The position numbers were made by a program, and so were the translations under genes. DNA of 64,000 nucleotides from a virus (Duplodnaviria > Heunggongvirae > Uroviricota > Caudoviricetes), in IMG/VR virus record IMGVR_UViG_3300042892_003674; one strand, written 5' to 3'. The notes below the pieces were generated by a model. That model was given only the letters and a program-made list of their open reading frames with translations. It ran no database searches and had not been told where the DNA came from. Positions 9,626 to 19,500 of the stretch are shown here, piece by piece (the stretch's first letter is position 1; every line of letters begins with the position of its first letter).

Positions 9626-10326
9626 AACCAAAATTATATTATAGAGTAGATGAAAATGGTGTACCGTTCGATAACTTTTGTTCGGATGCAGCCATTGGTG
9701 CCAATGATGCAGGAATTGAATGTATTCCTTTCTCTGACATAAAACAAGTCAATATGAATCCTTACAACATCGTTGTAACATCTGTTGAGGAATCGCTAGA
9801 GTGGTTATGTCAAAACATTCAGGCAATTGATGATAAATGGGCCACTGACTTTAAGAAAAGAAAAGAAGTTATTACAACTATAGATGAAATAACTGAGTAT
9901 CCTTGTTTTATCAAACCTTACAAACATATTAAAGCATTTACTGGTATTGTTGTGAGTGATGTAAGAGAAGCTAAGTTATTCACACAAGATTTTAAAGATA
10001 GTGTTTCTTGTCAAGAGATTGTAGAATTTGAATCTGAGTACAGAGTTTATATTCATAAAGATAGAGGTATCTTAGGAGTTAAACATTACTTAGGTGATCC
10101 TTATATTGTACCTGATAAATCTTTTGTTGATGAGATTTATCAATTGTCGAAGTCTAACTTAGATCAAAATAGTTATACATTAGATATTGGTATAGATGAT
10201 AAGGGAACTAACTATTTGATTGAAATAAATGATGGTTGGTCAGTTGGTAATTATGGTTTGAACCCAAGTGATTACTTTAGTTTTGTTAAATCTAGATGGT
10301 TACAGATAACAGGAATTTTAAAATAA
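9622..10326 (+). CDS. ATP-grasp protein (R2K/DUF4343-like)
   Basis: PCFIKP, KAFTG, SEYRVYI, YTLDIG, LIEINDGWSVGNYG. Confidence 0.8.
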   Translation: MKPKLYYRVDENGVPFDNFCSDAAIGANDAGIECIPFSDIKQVNMNPYNIVVTSVEESLEWLCQNIQAIDDKWATDFKKRKEVITTIDEITEYPCFIKPYKHIKAFTGIVVSDVREAKLFTQDFKDSVSCQEIVEFESEYRVYIHKDRGILGVKHYLGDPYIVPDKSFVDEIYQLSKSNLDQNSYTLDIGIDDKGTNYLIEINDGWSVGNYGLNPSDYFSFVKSRWLQITGILK

Positions 10327-10331
10327 GAAAT

Positions 10332-10892
10332 ATGAGTAATAAGTTTAAGTTTATTTTATTCCATTTTTTTGGAATTAGTTTGGTTATTTTAGGTGCAATT
10401 TTATGTACTTATTTAGGTAAAATATGTCTTAAAGATGAGAACTCTGGTTTACCGGAGTTGTTTTTCTCCGGTTTATTCTTCTTTTTAATATGGTGTTTAA
10501 TAACAAATGGTCTTATAGGTGGTGCCATAATGGATGGTAAGAAAAGTATATTTAACTATCTTTTGAATTTTAAGAGATATAGAAATATAAAATGGATTTA
10601 TCATTCTGAGTTAGGTTATTTCCCATCAGTAATCGGTAAGAAAAAACTTTTATTATATAGACAGAATATATTTACGGTAGATGAACTATTGGATATAGAT
10701 ACTAGTGGTCGTAGTATAAAGTATATATCTGATACTGCTAAATCTCACTTAGATTGGCTTTATAAAAATCAATTAGATGATAATAAAAGAGCAGAACAAA
10801 TTAAGGCTAAGAATGATGAAATTAGAAAATGGGATGGATTTTTAGATGTTCCTTCACGAAGAGATAAAAAAATAGACGAACTACTTAAATAG
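10332..10892 (+). CDS. two-TM membrane protein with C-terminal motif
   Basis: Two hydrophobic segments; ends RRDKKIDELLK; start re-called to MSNKF. Confidence 0.7.
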   Translation: MSNKFKFILFHFFGISLVILGAILCTYLGKICLKDENSGLPELFFSGLFFFLIWCLITNGLIGGAIMDGKKSIFNYLLNFKRYRNIKWIYHSELGYFPSVIGKKKLLLYRQNIFTVDELLDIDTSGRSIKYISDTAKSHLDWLYKNQLDDNKRAEQIKAKNDEIRKWDGFLDVPSRRDKKIDELLK

Positions 10893-10909
10893 TTCGTCTA
10901 TTTTTTTTA
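10865..10909. terminator. long bidirectional terminator hairpin
   Basis: AAAAAAATAGACGAACTA-cttaaa-TAGTTCGTCTATTTTTTT between convergent genes. Confidence 0.8.
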
Positions 10910-11617
10910 CCATTGAAATGAACCTGCACTAGTACTTTCTACTATACCTTCAAATAAATCAACCCACTCTTTAGTAAATTCAAACTCTTCTTTATTATCT
11001 AAAATAAAGTCAATCTTTAAATCCCTTCTTTGAACTCTATTTCTAGAAACTTGCTCCCAATCTCTACTTTCTAATTTAGCTCTTCTATGTTGTGCTCTTT
11101 CATATGAGTACATTTGAGCATCTTTATTTTCACTATATTGTTTATTTAAACAATGTAAAATAGCAGACTCACAATTTTCATAGAGAACTCCATTGGACCA
11201 ACTCACACCACAACAACTAAAATCTACATTTCCTATAAGATTTTTAAAGTTATCTGCATAGTTTTGTTGTTCTGATTTATCATTTGACATTGATTGTATT
11301 CTAGGTCTAATCAATTGAACTACTTTAGTTCCTTTAATCCAAGTACGTGGTTCTGATATAACGTGTATTGTTGAATAAAGATTAGTAATGTCAACCGATG
11401 TAAGTTTTTCAAAGTGATGGTATCCATTTTTTTCTAAAATATATTCTAGTTTTCTAAGTGATTGTGCACCACATAAGATGTCAACATCATTGATTGGTTG
11501 GTCTGCAATACTATCACGAATTGCACCACCAAAGATTCTCACCATTGAGTCCATATAAAGTTGATTATTATCGAACTCTAAATACTCATTTAGTCGATCA
11601 TTTATTTTTTGTATCAT
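10907..11617 (-). CDS. poly(A) polymerase/CCA-adding-like nucleotidyltransferase head domain
   Basis: IFGGAIRD...INDVDI, VDF; carries the RRDLKIDFIL motif. Confidence 0.75.
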   Translation of the reverse strand: MIQKINDRLNEYLEFDNNQLYMDSMVRIFGGAIRDSIADQPINDVDILCGAQSLRKLEYILEKNGYHHFEKLTSVDITNLYSTIHVISEPRTWIKGTKVVQLIRPRIQSMSNDKSEQQNYADNFKNLIGNVDFSCCGVSWSNGVLYENCESAILHCLNKQYSENKDAQMYSYERAQHRRAKLESRDWEQVSRNRVQRRDLKIDFILDNKEEFEFTKEWVDLFEGIVESTSAGSFQW

Positions 11618-11686
11618 AAGGTATATTTTTAGTTATATAAAAACATGAATTAAAGGTTTTGGGAAAAATAATTTAATATATAGTTT

Positions 11687-13072
11687 ATGAGTGAAATTAT
11701 AAAATTTACAGATTATACAGAAATAAATGAGAATGTTATAATACCTGTTGTTGATGCGGTTATTAGTGATAGTGGTATTCTTAATACCAAAACTGCTACT
11801 GGACTTCCTTTAAAAGGAAGTGTAGAGTTAAATACAATACCTGTTTTTGACATAGAAACTGGAAAGAAGGTAATGGCAGTTTCAAGAACAGTAGGACAAG
11901 ATTCAAAAGCACAAAAAACAAAGAAAGTTGTTTCTGGTATAAAGGGTAATGATGGTAAATATTATCCTGGAGGATTAGACAAAAACGGTACTTTAGTTGG
12001 TGTGAATTTTGATGAAAATAATTACTTATTGACACTAGGTGCAACTGAATCGAGAACAAGAATTCCTATAGATCCAGAATCACAATCAAAATTAGATACA
12101 AAGTATCAAGATATAGAATTTTGGAATAAAGATGTTGATTATATTAAATGTGTTCCAAATATATCAACTGGTTGGGTAAATGTTAAAATTGATATGGAAG
12201 TAATTAAAAGAGTTAGAAGATATTCTGCTGGTTTAGTTGAAAAAGAGAAAGCTAGTGATAATAGTCACTTAACATTTGTAAGTAAGTTAAAAAGTTTAGA
12301 TAGAATAAGTAATAGAACTATAAAAATTGATAATATTACTAGACAGAAAATTCAAAAACAAATGTCTGCAATTATTTTATTACATTATATAAATGAGATT
12401 AAAACATTCTTTACACCATCTGCAGCAGGTTTATTATTTGAATCATTTATAGGTGGTCTAATTCCGTATGCTAAAGTTACTGAAGATAATGGTAAGGCAG
12501 ATATTACAGTTCCTACTGATGATGGAAAAATCGAATATCAAGTTAAGTTATATAGTACTGCAGCACAGTACATAGATATTGCAGTGAATAGATATGATGA
12601 TGATTCTATTCATCCTAATAGGGAAGTACCATTAGATTACTACTTAATATGTATAAAGAAGAGTGATGAAGTTATTATTTATGTTTTAAATAATGATCCA
12701 ACTTCTCCTGGATATTATAGTAATTTTAGAACATCTGGTAGAAATAGTAAGTCAAAAACTTTTTCTGTTAATGAATTAAATAATAGTAAGCTAGATTTTA
12801 GAACTGGTACAAAATTTATTTTATCACTTACTAATTTAGAGGAAAGAATTAAAAACTTAGGTGATAGTTTAAAAGGATGTTTAGATGAATTATATCGTTT
12901 ATTGAGTCAGTTTCAATATAATGTTGAAACAATAATAACTGGTGTAGATCAGGATGGTAAAAAAGTTAGTGAAACAGATTTTTCAAAACATTCTACTGAT
13001 GCCACCAATAATGTGAAATCTATGAGTGAGAAACTGGATGAACTTATTAAAGAGGTCAACATTAATAGATAA
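11687..13072 (+). CDS. hypothetical virion-associated protein, possible PD-(D/E)xK nuclease-like domain
   Basis: IIKFTDYTEINE N-terminus; GLLFES...KADI...EYQVK. Confidence 0.55.
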   Translation: MSEIIKFTDYTEINENVIIPVVDAVISDSGILNTKTATGLPLKGSVELNTIPVFDIETGKKVMAVSRTVGQDSKAQKTKKVVSGIKGNDGKYYPGGLDKNGTLVGVNFDENNYLLTLGATESRTRIPIDPESQSKLDTKYQDIEFWNKDVDYIKCVPNISTGWVNVKIDMEVIKRVRRYSAGLVEKEKASDNSHLTFVSKLKSLDRISNRTIKIDNITRQKIQKQMSAIILLHYINEIKTFFTPSAAGLLFESFIGGLIPYAKVTEDNGKADITVPTDDGKIEYQVKLYSTAAQYIDIAVNRYDDDSIHPNREVPLDYYLICIKKSDEVIIYVLNNDPTSPGYYSNFRTSGRNSKSKTFSVNELNNSKLDFRTGTKFILSLTNLEERIKNLGDSLKGCLDELYRLLSQFQYNVETIITGVDQDGKKVSETDFSKHSTDATNNVKSMSEKLDELIKEVNINR

Positions 13073-13550
13073 TAGAATTTATTTTATGTTCTCTCATATC
13101 AATAAAGTATTCATTAAACTCACCTTCTGTGATATAAATCTTTTGATTTTCTGCAAATACTACTAAGTTTTCATTTGGAAAAAATCCTTCTAACTCACAA
13201 TATAAATAAGTAATACTAGGATAAAACTTGGCATTTGACTTTACTTGAAAGAATTTAGTACAAACACAGAACTTTGTTGGATATGGTTCACCATTATATT
13301 TAAAGATAAATGCTTCTAACTTTCTTTTCTTTAGAACCTTTACACGATTGTATATAATTACTTTATTATGAATTTCCTTCTTGTGTTTATCAAACTCTTT
13401 TACAAGTGGTCCTCTCTCTAATCCTAACTTATCCGCAAACTTCTCAGGTGAGAAACGGATGAAACCATTTAGTAAATCAATATTATCCTCATCAACATCT
13501 AAGTTTTTAACTTTTTCAATCCATTGATTTAATTCTTGTAAACTATTCAT
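13062..13550 (-). CDS. hypothetical protein with C-terminal motif
   Basis: Ends MREHKINSIIY. Confidence 0.7.
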   Translation of the reverse strand: MNSLQELNQWIEKVKNLDVDEDNIDLLNGFIRFSPEKFADKLGLERGPLVKEFDKHKKEIHNKVIIYNRVKVLKKRKLEAFIFKYNGEPYPTKFCVCTKFFQVKSNAKFYPSITYLYCELEGFFPNENLVVFAENQKIYITEGEFNEYFIDMREHKINSIIY

Positions 13551-13618
13551 ATTTAATTTATATAAGTATATTACGATAAAGTTTTTTTAAAAATATTTGT
13601 TTATTAAAAATAATGTCG

Positions 13619-13626
13619 TATATTTG
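13619..13626 (+). promoter_or_regulatory. Bacteroidota-type -7 element TATATTTG
   Basis: Upstream of ATG 13650, with a TTTG about 20 nt further upstream. Confidence 0.65.
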
Positions 13627-13649
13627 TACTCTAAATAAAAAATAAAACT

Positions 13650-14054
13650 ATGATGTGGTTTAATAACTCTGATAAATTACCAAAAATGACTGAAGACGAA
13701 ACTAAAATGTACAACGTCATCACTAACTTAATTATACAACCTGATTGTATTATCGAGGTAAATCCTGAGAATATGGATTATATGTTGTGTCTTGAAAAAG
13801 AGCAATACTTTTTACTTATTGATGGTAATGGTGTTCAATTCAGTAACCACGGATTTGTAGTTATTGAAAGATATTCAGATGTAATACTTACAGCATACAA
13901 AAAAGTTGTTAAGACCGAAACAATTCGTAGAAGAACTGCTCGTCGTAACGAAATCTTTAAGAACAAATGTAACTTACTTGATAGTATCAATGATAAGTTG
14001 ATTAAAAGAACTCCAGTAGTTGTTGTAGATGAAACAGTAGTAGAAACAGTATAA
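13650..14054 (+). CDS. hypothetical protein
   Basis: 134-aa ORF with its own promoter and terminator. Confidence 0.75.
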   Translation: MMWFNNSDKLPKMTEDETKMYNVITNLIIQPDCIIEVNPENMDYMLCLEKEQYFLLIDGNGVQFSNHGFVVIERYSDVILTAYKKVVKTETIRRRTARRNEIFKNKCNLLDSINDKLIKRTPVVVVDETVVETV

Positions 14055-14055
14055 T

Positions 14056-14082
14056 AAAAAACCCATCTTATGATGGGTTTTT
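14056..14082. terminator. bidirectional intrinsic terminator
   Basis: A6-CCCATC-TTAT-GATGGG-T5. Confidence 0.8.
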
Positions 14083-14628
14083 TATTTGCTCTATTTTATC
14101 TGTATAAATCTTATTTATCTTTTGTAATGTTTCTTCTTTTAATGTTCCAACTGTGTTGAATGCTTCTAAGTAAGATTGTAATGTTTCAATTTTATTTACT
14201 GATTGTAATTTATTTTCTAACACTCCGATTAAAATCTCTTCATCATATTTTTCTAATAAACTTTTTACTTTATGAATTGTTTTGAATTTATCTCCAAGTA
14301 ATTTCTCATTAAGATCTTCAATTTTATTATCAATCGTTTCCCAGTCTCTTACGTCACTTTTTAAACTTTCTAATAGTTTTGCTTGTTCTTTAACTGTTTT
14401 CTCATCTAATAAGCTTAAAATCGCATCTGCTGCCATTTCTTTTCCTTTTATTGTAATTGATCCTGCTCTCAAGTATCTATCGACAGGACCATAAGTCTCA
14501 ATTGAAAGAAATTGTTCTAATAGATTGATTACTTTTAATCTAAAAAGATCTGCTTCATCTATTTTATATTCTACTTCTACTGGTTTCTCACCAACTACAT
14601 AATTTGATATATTACTAAATTTCTTCAT
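14068..14628 (-). CDS. hypothetical helical protein
   Basis: 186 aa; MKKFSNI start. Confidence 0.7.
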   Translation of the reverse strand: MKKFSNISNYVVGEKPVEVEYKIDEADLFRLKVINLLEQFLSIETYGPVDRYLRAGSITIKGKEMAADAILSLLDEKTVKEQAKLLESLKSDVRDWETIDNKIEDLNEKLLGDKFKTIHKVKSLLEKYDEEILIGVLENKLQSVNKIETLQSYLEAFNTVGTLKEETLQKINKIYTDKIEQIKNPS

Positions 14629-14636
14629 TATTTGTT

Positions 14637-15170
14637 TTATTTTTTAATTATCTCATAGTTATTATTATCTAACCATTCTATAAATTCAGAGTTTAATCCA
14701 CCCTGTTCAGCATCTGGATTTTGTGACCAGAAATTGTATAGTATACCATCAAATCCTTTCCAATTACCATCTTTAAATATTTCAAAATCATTATCTTCTA
14801 ACCAATCTGATAATCCTATGTAATCTTTATCATAATTACTTCTCCAAAAATCATATAATAATTTACCACTTTTAGAGTTTATTGATATATCTAAATCATC
14901 ATCACTTGCTATATAACTTTCATTCCAAGAAGGTTTTCCCATACCATCTTGCCACCCACCTCTACTATCGTTACTATCATCATAATGTTTATCATCTCTT
15001 GGATACATTCCGTCTGGATCTTCTTTACGAACTCTTTCTTCTCTTTCTTCTCTTTTCTTAGCATCTTCTTTAGCACTATGTGGGAAGTTAGAAATTTGAT
15101 TTCTTTTAGCTTTTTCTTTATCTTTCTTATCAAGATCAGAATAATCTTCAAATGTTTTTAAGTTTTTCAT
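14637..15170 (-). CDS. putative capsid-packaged protein (CTS-like N-terminus) with an internal repeat
   Basis: MKNLKTFEDY; two copies of LYxFW...WLxxNxxEI. Confidence 0.7.
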   Translation of the reverse strand: MKNLKTFEDYSDLDKKDKEKAKRNQISNFPHSAKEDAKKREEREERVRKEDPDGMYPRDDKHYDDSNDSRGGWQDGMGKPSWNESYIASDDDLDISINSKSGKLLYDFWRSNYDKDYIGLSDWLEDNDFEIFKDGNWKGFDGILYNFWSQNPDAEQGGLNSEFIEWLDNNNYEIIKK

Positions 15171-15176
15171 AATTTT

Positions 15177-15542
15177 TTATTTTAATTGTTTTAGTATAAC
15201 TTGAATAACAGAATCTACATCATCTGCATTATAATCACCAAGATTTTCTGTTATACCACCATCTTTTTCTACAGTAACTACTACAGTTGTGTTGTTATCA
15301 GTCAGTGATAAACTAAAAGTTAAGTCCTCTAGTACAAACTTTAAGTAGTCATTAAACATTTTACCGAATCTAACATCCGATAGTTCACGTATTTTAGTGC
15401 CATATATGTCACGTTGTAATTTATACCATATTTCAATCAGTGATGTGGTAGGTTTCAATAAAGTATCTTTAGAATCTCCTCTTTCAATGAAAACTGAGCC
15501 ATACTTTCCACGACTTTCGTTAAAACTTTTTAAGTATTTCAT
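15177..15542 (-). CDS. putative capsid-packaged protein (CTS-like N-terminus)
   Basis: MKYLKSFNES (start re-called). Confidence 0.7.
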   Translation of the reverse strand: MKYLKSFNESRGKYGSVFIERGDSKDTLLKPTTSLIEIWYKLQRDIYGTKIRELSDVRFGKMFNDYLKFVLEDLTFSLSLTDNNTTVVVTVEKDGGITENLGDYNADDVDSVIQVILKQLK

Positions 15543-15606
15543 AATCTGCATTATTTTTATAATGTATATATAAAAAAAATCAAGCTAAAAACTTGATTTT
15601 TTATCA

Positions 15607-15822
15607 TTATATTTTACCTTTATAGTCTTGAACATCTGTTCGTACTTCTTGTGATAATCTTTTTAGCTCTTGCATAACCTTTCTTATACGAGTCCCTGCA
15701 GTTTTATTACCTCTGATGAAAAACTTCTCAAAGTCATCCTTCAAGTTAAATTTCTTTCCATCTACTTCTACTTCTTCAGTAAGAATTTTAACTAATTGGT
15801 CATATTTATCTAAATATTCCAT
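15607..15822 (-). CDS. histone H1-like Hc1 family protein
   Basis: FEKFFIRGNKTAGTRIRKVMQELKRLSQEVR matches the Hc1 GNKxAGxRxRK signature. Confidence 0.75.
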   Translation of the reverse strand: MEYLDKYDQLVKILTEEVEVDGKKFNLKDDFEKFFIRGNKTAGTRIRKVMQELKRLSQEVRTDVQDYKGKI

Positions 15823-15886
15823 AGTATTTTATTATTTTTTATGAATTATATATTCTATTATTGTTGCTCTCTATCAACCATAATAA

Positions 15887-16492
15887 TTAACTTATTTCTT
15901 CTATTAAAAGATTTAATGGTGCTATAAAACTTTCTCCATTATTGAATATCCTTATTTCGTAATCTGGAGTTGGTCCATACGTCAATGTATTGTTCACGAA
16001 TAACTTTAGTATTCTTACTTCACCACCATTTGCTTTAGCTGCATAATTAATACTACCAGTAGCTTGTACTATACTAACAGGACCATTTGGGTCTACAAAA
16101 TAACTTAAATAGCATTCATATTTTACCAAACTTTCTTCTCCGGCCTCATTATTTATATTTCCTACGTCAAAGGTAAAATCATATGTTGTACTATTAGTTA
16201 CATCATAAAGTTGTTGTATTATATTTATATCATACCCATCATATGGTTTTAAGAAATACATTGTTATTCTAAAAGTTCTTCCATCATCTGCATTTAAAAA
16301 ATAATTTTGAGGAAGATAATTTGTGCCTTTATAGTTCACTAAATTGGATTTTATTGTTTCAAAAACTTCTTTGGCATCATCTACTTTTCTTGCTTCAGTA
16401 GCTTGATAATTATACAAAACTTTAGTTGTAAATCCTGATGTTAAATGATCTTTTTTATTTGGGGTATATACCCATGTTGCACTTGCTGGCAT
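15887..16492 (-). CDS. hypothetical beta-rich protein, probably structural
   Basis: Directly downstream of the fibre gene. Confidence 0.65.
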   Translation of the reverse strand: MPASATWVYTPNKKDHLTSGFTTKVLYNYQATEARKVDDAKEVFETIKSNLVNYKGTNYLPQNYFLNADDGRTFRITMYFLKPYDGYDINIIQQLYDVTNSTTYDFTFDVGNINNEAGEESLVKYECYLSYFVDPNGPVSIVQATGSINYAAKANGGEVRILKLFVNNTLTYGPTPDYEIRIFNNGESFIAPLNLLIEEIS

Positions 16493-16513
16493 AATTTCAT
16501 ATTATTTTTATTA

Positions 16514-19500
16514 TTAGTAAACTGCTCTTAATATTAATCTTGATGTTAAGTTAATATTTGTAACTTCTCCATTTCCTAAATTAGCATCTATATCTACTGA
16601 TATTTGTGTTCCATTATTATATACCCTAAATGTTACTCCTGATGCACTTCCTATAGATAATATATCAGTCTCTGACCAATTTATAACTGACATATCTGCT
16701 AAGAACACTGCTCTTATGGTTCCACTTCTCATAATATTATTTGAAGATGCTTCTTGAAATACATAGTCTAAGAAGAATCCTGAGTATACATTTGGGTCTA
16801 TTACAAGTATAGGTGTTGATCCACCATCTCCTACTCCAATAGTAGTAGGTGCCCAGAAGTGTGGATATCCGAAGTAGTCATCACTATTTTTACTAATACT
16901 TAATGTATTATCCCCGTTAAAAGAATTACCTGTAGGATAATAATCTAAACCATTTCCTATAATAATATTTTGACTTCCTCCAACAATACTTTGACCGGCA
17001 CTTACACCAATAACAAGATTATTTGATCCCTCGGTATTTCCTGACAAAGAATACGCACCAATTCCTATATTATTATTACCTATTTGGTTAGCGGCTACCG
17101 CTCCAAATCCTATAGCAGTATTAAATTGACCACTATTGTTGTCTGATAAAGAACTATATCCTACTGCAGTATTGTAAGTACCACTAGTATTAGATAACAT
17201 AGATACAGCACCTACTGCGGTATTATAATTACCTGAGGTATTATTATTTAAAACAGATAATCCTATTGCAGTATTTTCTACAAGATTTCCATTTCCTCTA
17301 CCAAATCTTAACGAATTTATTAAAGCATCCCCACTTACACCTAGTTTATAACCAGAACTAAATGTTCCTATTCCTACATCACCACTTGAGGTGATACGCA
17401 TACGTTCTGTATTAGCATCCGATCCAGCGGGTGTTGTGTAGAATGACATATATCCACTATATCCACCTCCTGATACTTCTTTTAATCCTTTTATCTGTGC
17501 AAAAGTATAAGGTGTTGAACCTGCTTCACTTCCTCCTCCGAATGCAATAGAACCTCCCTTATTTTGGGTTGATGTTGTATCTGTTGTTCCTAAGAATAGT
17601 GTTGGGTAGGATGAATTAAATGAACTTACAAATGTTGCTGCTAATCCATAAGAATAACCTCCTGTCCCTGTATAGTTACCTATTTGTAAAGGTGAATAAG
17701 GCGCCGTTGTTCCAATACCTACGTTACCTGATATTAAAGTGTTTGTAGGTCCAAATTGTATCCCTGTACCATTTTGTATACCAACAGTAAAGTAATTTGA
17801 TGCAGGACCAAATAATATTGATCCTCCTGCAACACTTAAACCATTGTAACCTCCACTAGAAACATATGGAACATATACTAAAGTATTTGTACTATCTCCT
17901 ACATATAGAGCGGGTGTGTTAGTGCTAGAAACTCCTCTATTTATGTCTAATTTGGCACCTGGAGTTGTAGTTCCAATACCTACATTTGTTCCGTTATCAT
18001 AGATAATAGTATTACCAATTGTAGTTGATGAAGTAAATTTAACAACATAGTTTGTAGTTCCACTTACTGTAACAGATGTACCGCTTGTACCTGAAGTACC
18101 ATCAATACCATTTACTCCAGATAGACCGGATGTTCCAGAAGAACCACTACTACCGGATGAACCAGAAGATCCACTCGATCCTGACTTTCCACTTGAACCG
18201 CTAGATCCAGATGTACCAGATGAACCACTTGTACCAGAACTACCAGAAGAACCAGAACTACCAGAAGAACCAGATGTACCTGAACTTCCGGATGTACCAC
18301 TAGTACCTCCACCAACAATTAAAGCGGCAGTAAACCATGTACCTGAACTTGCACCATTTATATTTTGTGATGTGGTGTTACCTGTGAAGGCAGTAACCTC
18401 GATATAATCAGTACTACCGTTAAAATACACAATGATGTCAATTTCCTGACCATATCCGGCACCTGTTAAAATTTGTGTTTGTTGGATAGCTACTTGGGTA
18501 CTGCCATTTTTTCTTAGTTGGATATTATTTTGATTGGTAGAAATTGAACCTGCATCCCACCATACTGCTGTTTGTATATTATAATATCCTGCAAGTGTAG
18601 GCTGGAACTTATTGGAGGTTAACCAGTTATTTTGATCAAATTCATCAATAAATGTAACAACAACATCAGAACCGGACGTTATTGTTTGTACACTACCACC
18701 TTTAATACCCTTAACGACATAATTGGAAGCAACCAATCCTGTCGGTGACGTTCCGCTGGTTCCTGATGAACCACTAGAACCTGAACTACCAGAAGAACCA
18801 GAAGTTCCGGAGCTTCCTGAAGTTCCACTTGTTCCTGATGCTCCATTTACACCATTTACACCACTAGTTCCAGAAGAACCACTTGAACCAGATGTACCAG
18901 AGCTACCACTTGAACCAGATGTACCAGAGCTACCACTTGAACCAGAGCTACCTGATTTTCCACTTGAACCAGAACTACCAGATGAACCAGATGTACCAGA
19001 ACTACCAGATGAACCAGATGTACCAGAAGATCCACTAGAACCAGATGTACCAGATGAACCAGAACTACCAGAAGAACCGGATTTACCAGAACTTCCAGAT
19101 GAACCACTTGAACCAGAACTACCAGATGAACCAGATGTACCAGAAGATCCACTAGAACCAGATGTACCAGATGAACCAGAACTACCAGAAGAACCGGATT
19201 TACCAGAACTACCAGATGAACCAGAACTACCAGAAGAACCAGATGTACCAGAAGATCCACTAGAACCAGATGTACCAGATGAACCAGAAGATCCACTAGA
19301 ACCAGATGTACCAGATGAACCAGATGAACCAGAACTACCAGAACTACCTGAAGAACCAGATGTACCAGACGAACCAGATGTACCTGAAGAACCAGATGTA
19401 CCAGACGAACCAGATGAGCCACTAGAACCTGAACTACCAGAACTACCAGATGTACCAGAACTACCAGATGTACCAGATGTACCAGAAGATCCACTAGAAC

